A DNA stretch of 64,000 bases from Octopus sinensis (Eukaryota). The stretch is taken from the NCBI RefSeq assembly GCF_006345805.1, contig NC_043002.1:31744001-31808000 (forward strand), written 5' to 3'. The position numbers and the translations under genes were made by a program. Numbering within the stretch: position 1 is the stretch's first letter; each line of letters opens with the position of its first letter. Positions 1-15,328 of the stretch are shown here, piece after piece. The notes beneath the pieces were generated by a model. It was not told the origin of the DNA and did no database searches. It saw nothing but the letters and a program-made list of their open reading frames with translations.

Positions 1-416
1 GATATTTAACGTAAAGTAATATTATATAGCCAGCCCTTAATTTTTGTCCTGATATTCACATTTGCTAGGCAGTCGCCGTCTATAAAAGTACATGGAGACA
101 TATTTCCTCTCCCATAGAACAATGTCAGACCTATTGAGTTTGCTCAGGATTGCTGTTTACACGAAAATGCTTCATTAGCATCATTTTTAAGCCGGAGTGC
201 GTTTAATTGAGCATAAGGTCAATTCGTGTGACATATAGCACCGAAAATGGATAGGATGATATACAGTTGAAAGGAAAAGAAAAATAACAAAAACAAGATA
301 AATAGATAATTAAAAGCCATCTGCGGGATCAGTTGTTTTGTTAGACGTAGCAACTAAATATCCCTCTAGTCCCATACTACAATCCTTTGAAAAATCGGCA
401 GGATATATTAGATTAT

Positions 417-578
417 ATTGGTTTCAAATTTTGAAGCAAGGCCAGTAATATTGGCGATGAGGTGTAAGTCATTACATCAGGCCCAGTGCTCAGCTGGTAC
501 TTATTTTATCGACTGCAAAAGAATGATAGGTAAAGTTGAACGCAGCGGAAGTCGAACTCAGAACGTGAAGACGGACGA
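417..578 (-). mobile_element. tRNA-derived SINE family B (Meta-domain-like core), degenerate partial copy
   Basis: ctggtacttattttatcgactgcaaaagaatgataggtaaagttgaa...gaactcagaacg is the reverse complement of the core seen at 62140-62190 and 12540-12600. Confidence 0.75.
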
Positions 579-1756
579 TATATTCGATTACATTGTCTTA
601 TAATCATTATGTCTGAATACAGTAGGTTGTACACAGATTGTATTTATTCGTAATTCTGTGTGAGTAGACGCAATCTAAGAACAAGAACAAAAGTAACAGT
701 GCAGGGTATCGTGTCTGAGTAATTTTCAGGCGCTCAGTGGGGAACACAATTCAATAGGCATTTCTCGAGAAGCAAAATCTTTGATATGCCGATGATAATT
801 CCAGAGAGAGAAAAGAGAGGAGAGACGGATACGCAGTTAGACAGACAGGAAGACAGAGTGATACAGACAGGCAGACAGAGAAAGACAATCAATGTGACAG
901 AATAGATAGACCGATAGACAGATAGTCATTGACTAGAGTGACAGACAGAAAGACAAAGAGGGAATATAGTGACGGACAATATTAGGCAGACAGGCAGAAA
1001 CAAAAAGATTTGTCACCCAGCTACTTAACACTGCAGAAACAATACATATGTGATGAGTTTAATGTTTTTACTCCTCTAACCACGACTTTACAGCTATAAG
1101 CTTAAATCTGAAATAAAAAATTCCCACATTCTGTGTCGGCAGTGTTTTACCCATTACTAAGTCCCTGTAGTATATTCCTTATATTTCCTATTCATTTGCA
1201 CGTCTCCTGTGCATTATTTGCCATACAGTCTTTGGCAGAATTTTGGCGGGCAAGAGAAAAACATTTCACGAAATAATTCGATTGTCCAGCTCTTCATTTA
1301 ACATTTGCTTCTGTAAGATGTAAACCTACATTGGTTTACCTTCAGAACGAAGCAGAAGAACTTAGAAATGGTGGAGACGATGGCAAGAGAAGAAGGAGGA
1401 AGAGGAGGAGAACGAGGCGAGGGCACATCCTGATAACATCATTTAGCAATAGCTTGCGTGATATGTTGTGTGGTTGAAGATTGATGGACGTCAACTAGGA
1501 GGAGGGCGAGGGTAAGAGGATGAGTGTTAAGGCTTTGGTGAGGTGTTTGGTCAGGGATTGGTTCGGACCATGATTTTAATAAAAGGGAGAATATTGGATT
1601 GGGAAATACAATTATAGTGCCACGTACTTGCAAACACGGCCGACATATTTCGTAGACAGCCTTGTGACTGCTTTTACATAAACAGATATATATAAATATA
1701 TAAGGGTATACATGCATACATGCATAAATACATATATGTGTATATTTATATATATA

Positions 1757-1907
<151 letters not shown>

Positions 1908-2554
1908 CGTGTGTGTATATATACGTTTGTGTTTGTGCGTGTGGGTGTATGCATATGTACGTATATATATGTGGGTATATATGTGTGTTTGCATATTTGT
2001 TTGGATAAATGCATGCATATATACATATATACATATTTCTATGCATGTGCGTATGCATATACATATGTTGTGTGTACGTATAATATTGCACATGCGAATC
2101 TACACATATGTGCAATTTCGACTACATACCTTTATATTTCTCCAACTGTCTCACTATAAGCACATTCACAGAGATATACTACCACGTATATGTGTGTGTG
2201 TGTGTTGGTGTGATTTTATTTTTGTTATTCGTGTGTGTATAGGTACACCTCTCTCTGTCTCTTTCTCAACCTCTCTCACTCTCTGTCTGTCTGTCTCTGT
2301 CTCTCTCTCTCGCTCACTCACTCATGACGCAAATGTAGAATGCTTTAGTATAATGATGATGTGAATCAGGTTGTATATCTGGTCTTTTGTTTTTACAGTT
2401 TTCCTACATATAAACATATTTAAAGTAAGTAGCAAACTATTTTAGATAACACGAAGTAGCTAGGAAGTTCTACGCATTTGTTGACTGGTAGAAATAAGTG
2501 TCAAATAGTATTCATACTTCATGCATTCTTTTTTCATTTAAGAACACTAATGAC

Positions 2555-2718
2555 GGTGTGCTGGTAGAACTGTTAGTGGTAATTCGTCCATCTTTACGTT
2601 CTGAGTTCAATTTCTGTCATAGTCGACTTCGCCGTTCATCCTTTTGAGCACTGGAGTTGATGTAACAGACTGATCCTGCCCACAAAATTGATGGCCACGC
2701 GTCAAACGATTTGAAACC
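2555..2718 (+). mobile_element. SINE family B, degenerate copy with internal deletions
   Basis: ggtgtgctggtagaactgttag...ttacgttctgagttcaa...gtcgacttcgccgttcatcctttt matches the 62049 copy. Confidence 0.65.
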
Positions 2719-3240
2719 TTTTTAAGAAGTACACTGTGACGTGGAATGGTCACGGTTATCATTCCATCATTCATGGATCAAAGACACTGGCTCCTCGCTG
2801 AAGAAAATGAAGAGTATAACAATAACAATTAAAGCCCCCCCCCCACGCAACACCGCCAACACCACCAATATCATTTGCCAAAGTCTGTCAACGAAGGGTA
2901 CAAACATCGATGAGGAAACAAAAAAGGAACAATGGTAGCTCTTTAAATATTTGTCAAACAACGAATTCACTCCTTAGTGTTACTCACAAAGGCCAAGATT
3001 ACAGTGAATCAGTGAATGGCCCATTGAAATACTGCACATTATGGCGTTATTGTTCACCATTGTGTACAATATAGACCAAAAACTTTCCATGTTATACATA
3101 AGATGGTATTCGAATCGTGGAATGAAATAATATTTCAATGGTTTGAATCCTGGCATCTGTATTCTTTTATCCTACCCTGTATGCTAGGTGAGACACACAC
3201 ACAAACACACAGACACAGACACACACACATGCACACATAA

Positions 3241-3658
3241 GCGCAGGAGTGGCTGTGTTGTAAGTAGCTTGCTTCCCAGCCACATGGTTCCGGGTTCAGT
3301 CCCTCTGCGTAGCATCTTGGGCAACTGTATTCTACTATAGCCTCGGGCCGATCAAATATTTATGAGTGGATTTGGTAGACGGAATCTGAAAGAAGCCTGT
3401 CGTATATATATATAATATATATATATATATACATGCGTGTGTGTGTGTATGTGTGTTTTGCGTGTTTGTGTCCGTTTTTGTCCACCTACCATCGCTTGAC
3501 AATCGATGTAGTGCTTCACATCTTCCTAACTTCGACAAAAGAACCCGATAAAATAAGTGCTAAGCTTAAAAAGAATACGTCCGATGGTTCGATTTGTTCG
3601 ACTAGTGGCGGAGCTCCAGCATGGCCGCGGTCAAAATGACTGAAACAAGTAAATGAAT
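3241..3658 (+). mobile_element. tRNA-derived SINE family A with internal (TA)n(TG)n tract
   Basis: A-box tggctgtgttgtaag and B-box ggttcagtccc; colinear with the copies at 27827-28285 and 52462-52863. Confidence 0.85.
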
Positions 3659-3668
3659 ATACACACAC

Positions 3669-3699
<31 letters not shown>

Positions 3700-3705
3700 A
3701 ACATA

Positions 3706-4165
3706 TATTCAAGGCAATTAGAAGGAATACAGAGACTGGTATATCTTAAAATGTTTCTCTTAAAGTAACAATTAATTATACAACATAATTAGTTAAAATG
3801 ATCGACAGGCATTTCTGCTGCATAGATTATGTGCAGCTGCGAATGCAACATACCATATTCTGATGTGCACCTTCATTCATGATCTGCTCACAAGCATGAT
3901 CCGAAGTGAACTTATTTTATTTAAATATGGCTAGCTTATTTCATTATTTTTAGAAAGAAAAGGAAAGTGCAGGGAATATTTCGAAATTTAATATTGCTAT
4001 AAAATATCAGATACACATACTCTTGCTGAAGAAACACGTTTTGGTCATTTTAACTAAGTAATTATTGTATACAATTAACTATTAATTATTGTGTACAATT
4101 AACTATTGGATTAAAACAGGAATTTAAAAACGTACAAGTCTCCTTTGCAATTGTTTTGGATTTAT
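3706..4165. mobile_element. Possible Tc1/mariner-type MITE remnant
   Basis: Imperfect terminal inverted repeats (tattcaaggcaattagaagga / tcctttgcaattgttttggattta); no ORF. Confidence 0.35.
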
Positions 4166-4301
4166 ACAACAGACGCGAATGCGGATTTACCCATTAGGAA
4201 ACGTGGATTGCGCACCATTAATAATCCCTGATACATCTTACAATTTGACTATACCTGATTACGGTACGCAGTTAGGTAACTTATCACCCATCGCATATGA
4301 A

Positions 4302-4825
<524 letters not shown>

Positions 4826-4826
<1 letters not shown>

Positions 4827-5713
4827 AGTTTGACTCGCGGGTGAGTGAGAAAGTATTTTACGGGTGGTCCAGCATTATCATGAAGAATGATTGGCCCTCT
4901 TCTGTTGATCGGTCTGGGACGAAGTATCAGTTTTTGGGTCGTTTTGGTAATCTTATGTCAGTATGTTTCTGTAGTAATGGTTTTCCGGGTTTTAAGAAGT
5001 TAAGATGGATGAGTCAAGCAGTACACCACCAAAGAGTCCTCATAACCTTATTTTTGAAGCGCTCTGGTTTAGGGATGATTTTCAGTGCTTCATTTTACTC
5101 CAACTACTGCGAAGTACAATTTTTATTATTATACAAATCCACTTTTCTTTGCAAGGAACAATACGATCGGTCTTGCTATGGAGAAGAAGCGATAAGAAAA
5201 CTTCATATCTGCACATTTTCGATTTTCTTTCAAATCGAGTGGTACACATTTCCTGAACATTTTCGATTCTCCGATCACATGCAGATGGTCGCAGGCCGTT
5301 TTATTTTGTCAATTCTCGACTGGTTTTATGTGAATCTTTCATCTATGGTCGTCCGCTACGTTCACGATCTTCAAGGCTCACGACTGTGAAATCGTTTAAA
5401 CTAATTTCAAGCTAACTGGTCATTTCCTCACCAAACATTTCGTTGTTATCACAAGAAGTTTCAGCTGCTCAACGTCCTTTTTTGAAGCGGAATAGCAAAA
5501 TTGCGCGAATATCGCGCTTTGTTAGTCACATTTTAGATTATTGTAACAACGGTGAAAAAAAATCAATGTTAAGTTATTGACGCATTTGGATAAGTCTATG
5601 CCTGCATTATCAGAGAATTGCTTAAAGAAGTTTAAAATAATTCAAAACTCTGCAAAAAGCAGGAACATATACTTCATAGTTCAAAACGTTGCTTAATTTT
5701 TACTCAAACTGAT
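4826..5713 (-). mobile_element. Decayed mariner transposon (transposase pseudogene, 3' part deleted)
   Basis: Minus strand gives KRDIRAILLFRFKKG..AAET (N-terminus), a CKEKWI remnant of the DEKW motif and GPIILHDNAGP; TIR-like end at ~5685-5713. Confidence 0.8.
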
Positions 5714-5739
5714 ATAAATATATATATATGTTATTATTA

Positions 5740-5814
<75 letters not shown>

Positions 5815-6320
5815 GGGAATATTACTTCTGAGAACACAGGAAGAAGACATTCAAATTAGATGTAGTAAAATGAACAATGTTTAATTCGTATATTTAAAAG
5901 TACTTTTAGAGACAGAACCACCTTCAACTCAATCCACACTGAAATATTTTATACCCTACCACTCCATAAAATGTTAAATACTTAATCTTATACTAACTAT
6001 GTTCAGTAAGATTATATTGAAGATATAGAGTATCATGGAGGTATATAAGTGTTGGGGGTAGTGAACAATGCTGAGGAATCCAGACCTTGAAGATTGGGAG
6101 TATGTCGACCCGATTAAGAATTGAAACTAGATACCTGGTATCTAATCAATATCGACATACTTTCATGAAACACGTGTAGTCTTATACACGGGAAAATACG
6201 GGATTCAGAATAGATATAGTTAGTATAAGATTTAATATTTAACATTTTATGGAGTGGTAGGGTATAAAATATTTCAGTGTTGATTGAGATGAAGGTGGTT
6301 CTGTCTCTAAAACTACTGTT
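5815..6320. mobile_element. Fold-back element, probable PLE pseudo-LTR
   Basis: Inverted arms 5904-6000 and 6216-6312 (~97 bp), one-sided extension, flanked by (TTA)n and (TA)n. Confidence 0.6.
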
Positions 6321-6375
6321 ATATATATTATATATATATATATAATATATATATATATATATAATATATATATAT

Positions 6376-6511
<136 letters not shown>

Positions 6512-7222
6512 TATATATATATCTACATATATATATATACACACACACATATATATATATGTATGTATGTATATAAAGATAAACTATATATCATTTGAAT
6601 CTAGATTCTGACGTCTGGAAGTTACATGCACAAACATCAGTGTACGATGACAGGTGTTGCAATCATATATAGTCTAAACAAATATGTTGATAAGATTTTG
6701 TTCCAACACTGATGATTGCGCATGTAACACATCAAACTTTAACATATCGGTTACTTGTATCACCTAAAGTTAATTTTTTTTAATACCTGTACATGCAAAT
6801 TATGTTGTCTCAAATATGCTAAGATTTTTACCCGTGTACACATACAAACAAGCGCGCACACATACAATATAGACACAAACATATATACAAATACACACAA
6901 CACACACACACACAAACATATATATATAGACGTATAGATATAAATACATACAAATATATATATATATATATATACACGCACACACACATATATATATATG
7001 TGTGTGTATATATATATATATATGTTTATATATATATATATAGAGAGAGAGAGGGGGAGAGAGACATTTGTGTCTATATATACAAATATACATCATCACA
7101 CGCTTGTATATACATTATTATGCATATATGTATTTATGTATGTTTGTATACATGTGTGTTTGTGTGTGTGAGTGTGTATTTCTATACCTACAGAAACACT
7201 CACATACATACACACACACACA

Positions 7223-7265
<43 letters not shown>

Positions 7266-7279
7266 TGCATATAAATCAA

Positions 7280-7535
7280 AGGTAGAACAGAAAGAACACA
7301 ACAAACGGAAACCAACTAAACGCAGCATGCAGGAAAATTGAAGATAGCACGACAAACAGCAAATAGGACAAAGTTTTATTTTATTCTCCCTGTTCATTTT
7401 CTCTTATTCCCTTCTGTTGAAGAGTGTAGGCTCGAAATATAAAAGACTTTTACATTTTTCCGAGTGTCAAACTAATAAACCTCTTGTTCTTGATATACTT
7501 TTCATCGTGTTTTGTTTTTCTGGAAATTTCTACTA
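7280..7535 (+). mobile_element. PLE pseudo-LTR fragment with degenerate minimal hammerhead
   Basis: ctgttgaagagtgtaggctcgaaat at 7414-7438; same family as 59560-59735 (ctgtggaagagcgtaggttcgaaacgtt). Confidence 0.55.
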
Positions 7536-8156
7536 TACACACACAACACACACAAATATATATGTATTCGTGCTTGCAATATACTTTCACTAAACGATTT
7601 AGGCGTTGTCATAGTTGTGGGCATTCATTGTCTGATTATCGGCTCTTGCAATGTTGATCCACAGGTTACTTACTTCAGCTACGATGACTGGACCAATGCG
7701 AAACGAAGTACATTCTTAAAGGATTGAAGCCCGCTCCTGGACCAGTATTCGAACCGTCGGCGTTGTGGTTATCAGCCCAAAACGCCTATGAGCTAGGCTA
7801 AGCAACTTCACACATACACAGGTGCACACACACGCGCACAATGCGCTTTACATATATGTATGTGTGTTTGTGTGTGTACACATATATGCGCGTGCGTTCG
7901 TACGTGTATGTGTGTTTAAGTATCTATCTATCTACTTGTCACGCTCACTCTGACTCTCACTCTTCTCTCTCTCTCTCTTGCTCTCTTCTCTCTCACACAC
8001 TCACTCATATAGTTACACATACACATATGCGTGTGTGTGAAAGTGTCTAAGTATAGCTATATTTCTATGTGTCTACCTTGAATTTGTGTGTATGTGCGTA
8101 CATAATCGGTAGTATATGCATGTTCCTCTTTGTGCACAATATGTGTATATATGTGA

Positions 8157-8244
<88 letters not shown>

Positions 8245-10145
8245 ATGTATGTATGTATGTATGTATGTATGTATGTATGCATGTATATGTATCCACACAC
8301 ACACACATACATACAAAGTATACGTTGGAAGTGTTCGTGCTGTGACTATCACCATTGAAAGACATTTAATGGTGTGGCTGATCCCTCTGAAATATGTCGT
8401 GTCCAACCTATACTGACACGGCCAGATTAAGTCATCAAAAACTAGACAAGACCCAATCAGAAAGGTAATAGTAGAGAAATGATAAAGCCATGTTTACACC
8501 GTCGTCTCTGCCTCCAACAACGCCGCCATTTCACCATGTCACATATACTCATGCACCAACTCTTCACCGTTAACTGTCCGCTGCTTCAGCCATCAGCACT
8601 ACAACAGCAGCAACAACAACAACAACAATAACAACAACAAAAACATCTACGACTGCTTCTACTACAACAACAACCACTACTACTACTACCACTACTGCTA
8701 CTGCTGTTATACTGACGCTACCATCACTGTATCGTATGAAGGTTATTTACAACACCACCATACTACCACTACCAACAACAGTAAGAGCAACAACAACAAC
8801 AACATTAGAACCGCAACTACAACTGCCACCACCACAAAGACCACAACCCCTACCACCATCACCACAACCATCACCACCACCGCACCAACAACACTAACAC
8901 CACTATCACGCCACCACAACCGACAGTACTATCACCATTACCAATAACAGCACCATCACCACTACCACGATTACAACCGCCGCCGCTGCCACTATTACCA
9001 CTACTACCACCACTGGCAGCACTACAAATGACTTCAAAGCTGCCACACCCACCGCCACCACCATCAAAACGATGACAAAAGCATCTCCACCTCCCACCAA
9101 AATTATCACTATCATCACGAACACCATGTCAACCATCATCAGCACTACCACTACAACCACCGACGCTACCATTTCCACCAACACCACTACTACCACCACC
9201 ACCACCACCGGTTCTCGAGACAATTAAGATTATCTTTAAAAGGCCAGTATTACCGGCTCTATCAGCTTCACCGAGACCATTAAGAATTCCAACCACTGGT
9301 CATACTACAGCCTATACCCTCACTACCTACATCATTCCTATACCACACCATAAGTCAGTTCCATTAAATATAGAGTTACTACCAATATAATAGTACCACT
9401 ACCACCAACGCCATTATCGTTAAAACAATTCCCATACACATAACCAACCATTGCCTGTGACACTAACACTACAACCAACACTACCATTAAAATAGTTACC
9501 ACTATAACTACTATCAACACATTCGCCGTTACCGTCACTATTCCACTATTCCAACGATTGCTACTTTTACCATCAGCACCACCACCACCAACACTACCAC
9601 CACCACCACCACCACCACAACCACCGTCATCATTAATATTTTTACCACCACTACCACCATCATTATTATCACCAATAGCATCACTGCTACTACTACTACT
9701 ACGACGACGACGACGACAACCACCACCACCACCGCCGCCGCCGCTAATACTACTACTACCAATGCAATGTTAACAGTACAGTGGCCACAATAAGGATGTA
9801 TGTCTGTATGTCTGTACGTATTCAATGGATGAGCAAGAAGTAGCTGCCAAATCTCACTTCAATCACACACTACTCTCTTTAAAAACGTCATAATGTAGTT
9901 ATAGATATACATGTCTGAACAGTGATGGTCAAAATTGGAAGGCTTTTGGTCATTATTCCGTTTGGTCAGAAAGGACCTGGGACTAAATTGCAACAAAACA
10001 ATCATTATAACCATTAGACATCTGTTACAACCAATACCAATAACACAACTGTCACCATTATTGAACCACGGCCACTATAAGCAACACTGCAACCAACAGC
10101 ACCACTGTTACCCATCACTACAAGTACCACTTCCGTACTACAACA

Positions 10146-10301
10146 CAGCACCGTCTTTAGGTGTGGCCACACTGAGCAGTTGCCTAGGGTACCTCGCGGG
10201 TCTAACGGACCCAATTATGATTCTGATCTTTATGAATTAATACTGTACGGCATAGTGCATTGATTTACCCGGGGTTGCTTTTATGCTGCCAAGATGGCCG
10301 T
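10146..10301. mobile_element. Possible short hAT-like MITE remnant
   Basis: Ends cagcaccgtctt / aagatggccgt resemble CAGGGCCGTCTT-type TIRs; complex sequence within a simple-repeat region. Confidence 0.35.
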
Positions 10302-10489
10302 ACTACTACCAGGACTGTCACCACTACTTCTAAAACAACCACTCCCGCCAATAATTACTATTCTCCTCCTCGCCCCGCCTCCGAATCCTCCTACTCCTTC
10401 AGCTACTACTACTGCTACTACTACTACTGCTGCTGCTTCTGCTGCTACTACTACTACTACCACTACTACTACTACTACTGCTGCTGCTG

Positions 10490-10521
<32 letters not shown>

Positions 10522-12180
10522 GTCACCCCTAAGCAACACCAACACCACTTACATTAGTTACTGCTATCGTCTCAATAATTCTATTACCACTACTGTTGCC
10601 GCTACTATAATAATGACTCCACCACAACTGATACTGTAACAACCACAACAATCATTATGACCATCATTTCTAGATGACAACCAGCATGATTGTCACCTTA
10701 ACTATATCCACCACTCAGTCATAACTACCTTACTACTACCGCCGCGGCCTTCTGTATCAACCCTACACTCTTACTACAACACTACGAACACCTCAATCCT
10801 TCCACTTCTACCATTAAGTTTATTACTGACACTACTAAGACTACTGTTACTACTCTTACTACTAATACTAATACTACTAGCACCACCATCACCACCACAA
10901 CCACCACTACTACTACCACCACCACCACCACCACCACCACCACCACCACCACTACTGCTACCACCACCACCGATGATTCTACTATTACTGCTACTACTAC
11001 TTCTACTACTACTACTACTCGTATTCTCATCAGCAACTACATTCCCATTACAGAACTGTATGTACCGCCATCAACATCGGCCCTGCCGCCACTGCTTCCA
11101 CCGCTGCCACCGCCACCATCACCGTACCTCCAGCATCGTCGCACCCCCCTCGCCGCACCGCCGCCATCACCGCACCACCGCCATCGCCGCACCATCGCTA
11201 TCGCCGCACCGCCGCCGCCATTATCTACGACACCAACTACTGCCAAAATCACCGCAGCTACTGCTACAGCTGATTCACTAACAGTGCCAAAACCACCATT
11301 ACCACCAGCATGATGATGATGATGATGATGACGATGATGATGAAGATGATGACATCGTCGTCGTCTTCGTCATCATCATCATCATCATCATCACCGTCAT
11401 TACCATTCACACACTCACGCCCACAACTAATGCCACACCACCCCGATAGACAGTATTGTCAGGTGAGCAACTGTCGCCCATTAGCAAGACCAAGTCGGAC
11501 ACTGATCCGATCAAAAAAGCGCCGCATTCATCACGTGACTTGCCAAAGCCATGTCAAGACCAATGAGCTCAGGAGAATCTGACGCTAATAATTCAAGAGT
11601 CTTCAAGAGAATTCAACAGCGCTTGCTCCACCACTGCCACAACCACCATCACCACTACAATCACCACCGTTACCACCTCAGCTGTCACCGCCATTAAGAC
11701 TTATAACGACACCATTACTAACCTCACAACGGACAAGCAACAACAACTACAATAAAGGTTACAAAAATACAAACAACAACCTTTCTACTACCAACAGCAA
11801 CAATTACCCCACCACCACCACCACCACTACCAACAACAACAATAACAATAATAACTGCCACAGCATTATTATTACTATTATACTACCAAAAGCAACCACC
11901 ATACCAACAATAAACATCAGTACGACTATTGCAACATCACTACTAAAACAACAACAACTCTACTACAATTGTCAACGGCCTCCATCACCACTGCCAACTG
12001 CAACACAACGCTCATCACAACCAACACAACTGCACAACATCACAATCAACAATAGCAACAACGTTACTCAGCTACCATAACAACCAGCACCGCCATCAAC
12101 AAACACTTCGAGGCAACGAGATAGCTTCGGATTGATTACTTGACGCATTAGAAATAGCAGTCAAATATGGCTCAAATAAT

Positions 12181-12382
12181 GATTTCATATTTTGGCACAA
12201 GGCCAGTAATTTCAGGGGCGTGATATCTTGATTATATCGGCTCCATTACTCAATTGGCACTTATTTCACCGTCCTCGAAAGGATAAAAGGCAAAGTACCC
12301 CTTGACGGAATTTGAACTCAGGACGAAATGCTGCTAAGCATTCTGCTTAGCTTGCTAATGATTCTGCCAACTCACCACCTTA
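12181..12382 (-). mobile_element. SINE family B copy
   Basis: gaaaggataaaaggcaaag...ggaatttgaactcag...ctgccaactcaccacct. Confidence 0.8.
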
Positions 12383-12451
12383 AATATGGTTCAGATATTA
12401 CCCTAACAATTTAATAAATGTTATATTGAATAAAATGGTTCTAAGTTTCTC

Positions 12452-12682
12452 ATTCTTTGATTGCCCACAAGGGGCTAAACATAGAGGGAACAAACAAGGA
12501 CAGACAACGGGATTAAGTTGTTTACGTCGACCCCAGTGCGTAATTGGTACTTATTTAATCGACCCCGAAAGGATGAAAGGCTAAGTCGACCTCGGCGGAG
12601 TTTGAACTCAGGACTTAGCGGCAGACGAAACATCGCTAAGTATTTCGCCCGGCGTGCTAACGTTTCTGCCAACTCGCCTCCC
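12452..12682 (-). mobile_element. SINE family B copy, near intact
   Basis: tRNA-like head ggcgagttggcagaaacgttagc, B-box gagttcaaactcc, core cctttcatcctttcggggtcgattaaataagtacca. Confidence 0.9.
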
Positions 12683-13605
12683 TATAAAATGGTTCTAGGT
12701 TTCTCGTGCATAGAAAATGATGTGGTGGCTACGACTGGATTTTTTTGATGATAGGTCTACACAATCTGGGCTAATTTAAAGCTAAACTGCAAGAAAAATA
12801 CCACAACTAGCATTGTAATGGCAACATACTGCCATCACCATCAACACTACAACCATTACAACAAATAAGACCATCACCAACAGCACAAATCACACCATCA
12901 CAGCCAACACCATCAGCTGAACCACCATCTCTTCAACCATCACAGCACCAATAGCAAAATCATCACAACCATCATCACGGTTAAGGCCACCACCCAAAGC
13001 ATAAATGATATTATCACAATTAACACCACAGCCATCACAACACCGCCCTAACCATCATCAGACCAACAATATCCTCACAACACAAAAATAATGCAACAGA
13101 CATCGCAACATTATCACTGCTATTCTAATACCAGTCATACCACTATCACTATTATCAAAACATCAGCAACAACCTCTGCACAACTATTAGAATGCTACAA
13201 ACACCAATATACCCATTACAATTTCCCCAGAGCCACACCAATAAAAATCAACATCACAACAGCACCAACAGCATCATTAGAAAATGCGGATAATTAGAAA
13301 CAGACAGCTAAGTATTGAATGCACTCCTTGGTAACATTACCAAACACACAAATGCAAGTATGCAGGCGTATGCATGTGCATGTGTGCTTCTGTGTGTATG
13401 TGCGTGCGTGTGCGCGTTAAATTTGAAATGGAAATAGTACAGTAATTAAGATGATGAGAATGAAGAGAAATGGAAGCGAAAGAGGAGGTGAAAAAGAGGA
13501 AGGGAAAGACGAAAACTATAGAGAAGGAGAGGTTAGCTACAGTAATGATAATAGTTGTAATGGTGGTAGTGGTGGTGATGGTGGTGATGGTGGTGGTGAA
13601 AAAGG

Positions 13606-14258
13606 ATTCTGTTTTCTGATGGGGAAAACGGTGGCCAAAACAGTTGTCAAACTTCAAACAGCTATGGGCAAAACAGAGGTTAAATTGTGGTTTCCACGCT
13701 TTAGGAATAATCACTTGTCGCTTGAAGACCAACCTCGTTCAGGACGAGCGAACAATTGAAAACATCATGAAAACTCATGAACTGAGAGTGGAGGACCGTC
13801 ACCGAAAAATTGACGAACATGTTTAGATATCTTGTGTTCTCTGGAGCTCCTGCCTACGATTTTTGTGCGAGGAATTGTGAATGAAAAGAGTTGCAGCAGA
13901 ATTTGTGCCTAACTAGTTCAAGGAAGATCAAAAGTAGTCACGACTGAATGCATGTTGTGAGCTGAATGAACAGTTGGGAGTTGATCCGGACCTTTTCCGA
14001 AGGTCATCACTAGCGATAGAAACTAGTGCAACGTAATTTGTAGATGTGGAAGAGGTGAATCAAAAACCGACGGAGGAGTAAAAAGGCATCACTTTAGAAG
14101 AATTCCAGCACTGTTTCGAAAGGTGGAAAACGCTCCTAGACTCTTACATTGCTTCAAATAAAGAATACTTTAGAGACGATAAAAGTGTAAATAAACATGT
14201 ATAACTATGGGAATAAAATAATATTGCAAAATTCCGGTTTCTTTTGGGTACACAGTCA
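13606..14258 (+). mobile_element. Internally deleted non-autonomous mariner
   Basis: FCFLMGKT...WFPRFRNNHLSLEDQPRSGR, KVITSD; 3' TIR ttccggtttcttttgggtacacagtca followed by TA. Confidence 0.85.
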
Positions 14259-14530
14259 TATATATATTTTCATACGAACATGTATTCTTGTGGAAAACAT
14301 ACGTAATGACCGTCCTTCATCATCTTTGACAAACGCTACATATTTTCTGATGAAGCATTATTTCACCTAAGTTCAATAAGTCACAATATACAGATATGTC
14401 GTATGAACATAAAACATAACGTTGTTCAGTATTGTATGTATCCAAAAATGATGCTATGTATTTTTATAAATCGTTTCTCTTTTCTTTATATATCGACATG
14501 CATACATACATACATACATACATACATACA

Positions 14531-14650
14531 CTTATTTGATCGGCCCCAAAAGGATTAAAGGCGCAATGTGAACTCACAGCATAAGGACGGACGAAATGCC
14601 GCTAGACATTTTGTCTGGCGTGCTAAAGACACTGACAACTTGCCACCTTA
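14531..14650 (-). mobile_element. SINE family B, partial
   Basis: cttatttgatcggccccaaaaggattaaagg...gaaatgccgctag...gtgctaa. Confidence 0.65.
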
Positions 14651-14750
<100 letters not shown>

Positions 14751-14912
14751 TGTATATATATATGTATATATGTAAATATATATGTATATATATATATATA
14801 TATATGTAATATATATGTATATATATATGTATATATTTATATATAATATATATATATGTAAATATATATATATGTACATATATATGTATATATATACATA
14901 TATATATGTATA

Positions 14913-14983
<71 letters not shown>

Positions 14984-15076
14984 ATATATATGTGTGTGTG
15001 TGGTGTGTGTGTGTGGTGTGTGTGTGTGTGTGTGTATATTTGTATATATATATATATGTATATATGTAAATATATG

Positions 15077-15107
<31 letters not shown>

Positions 15108-15241
15108 GTATATATATATGTATATATTTATATATATATATATATATATATGTAATATATATATATGTAAATATATATATATGTACATATATATGTATAT
15201 ATATACATATATATATGTATATGAATATATATATAATATAT

Positions 15242-15273
<32 letters not shown>

Positions 15274-15328
15274 ATATGTGTGTGTGTGTGTGTATATATT
15301 TATATGCATATATATGTGTGTGTGTGTG

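Larger units (their letters stand above)
8480..13290. repeat. Long cryptically simple ACN/CCA/CAA trinucleotide region
   Basis: Degenerate (ACC)n, (ACT)n, (AAC)n, (GCC)n and (ATC)n tracts; only short Thr/Val/Pro ORFs; interrupted by SINEs. Confidence 0.85.

Noticed and set aside
3241-3310. tRNA genes (also at 49127, 45740, 62049)
   Set aside because: The A/B boxes run directly into repeated SINE bodies and no complete cloverleaf forms.
11450-11566. Protein-like frame TVLSGEQLSPISKTKSDTDPIKKAPHSSRDLPKPCQDQ*
   Set aside because: No polypyrimidine acceptor, no start codon and no recognisable domain.
8906-11582. Mucin-like or poly-Val/Thr/Pro coding gene
   Set aside because: Frames are short, on both strands, broken by stops and SINE or MITE insertions, and have no convincing splice structure.
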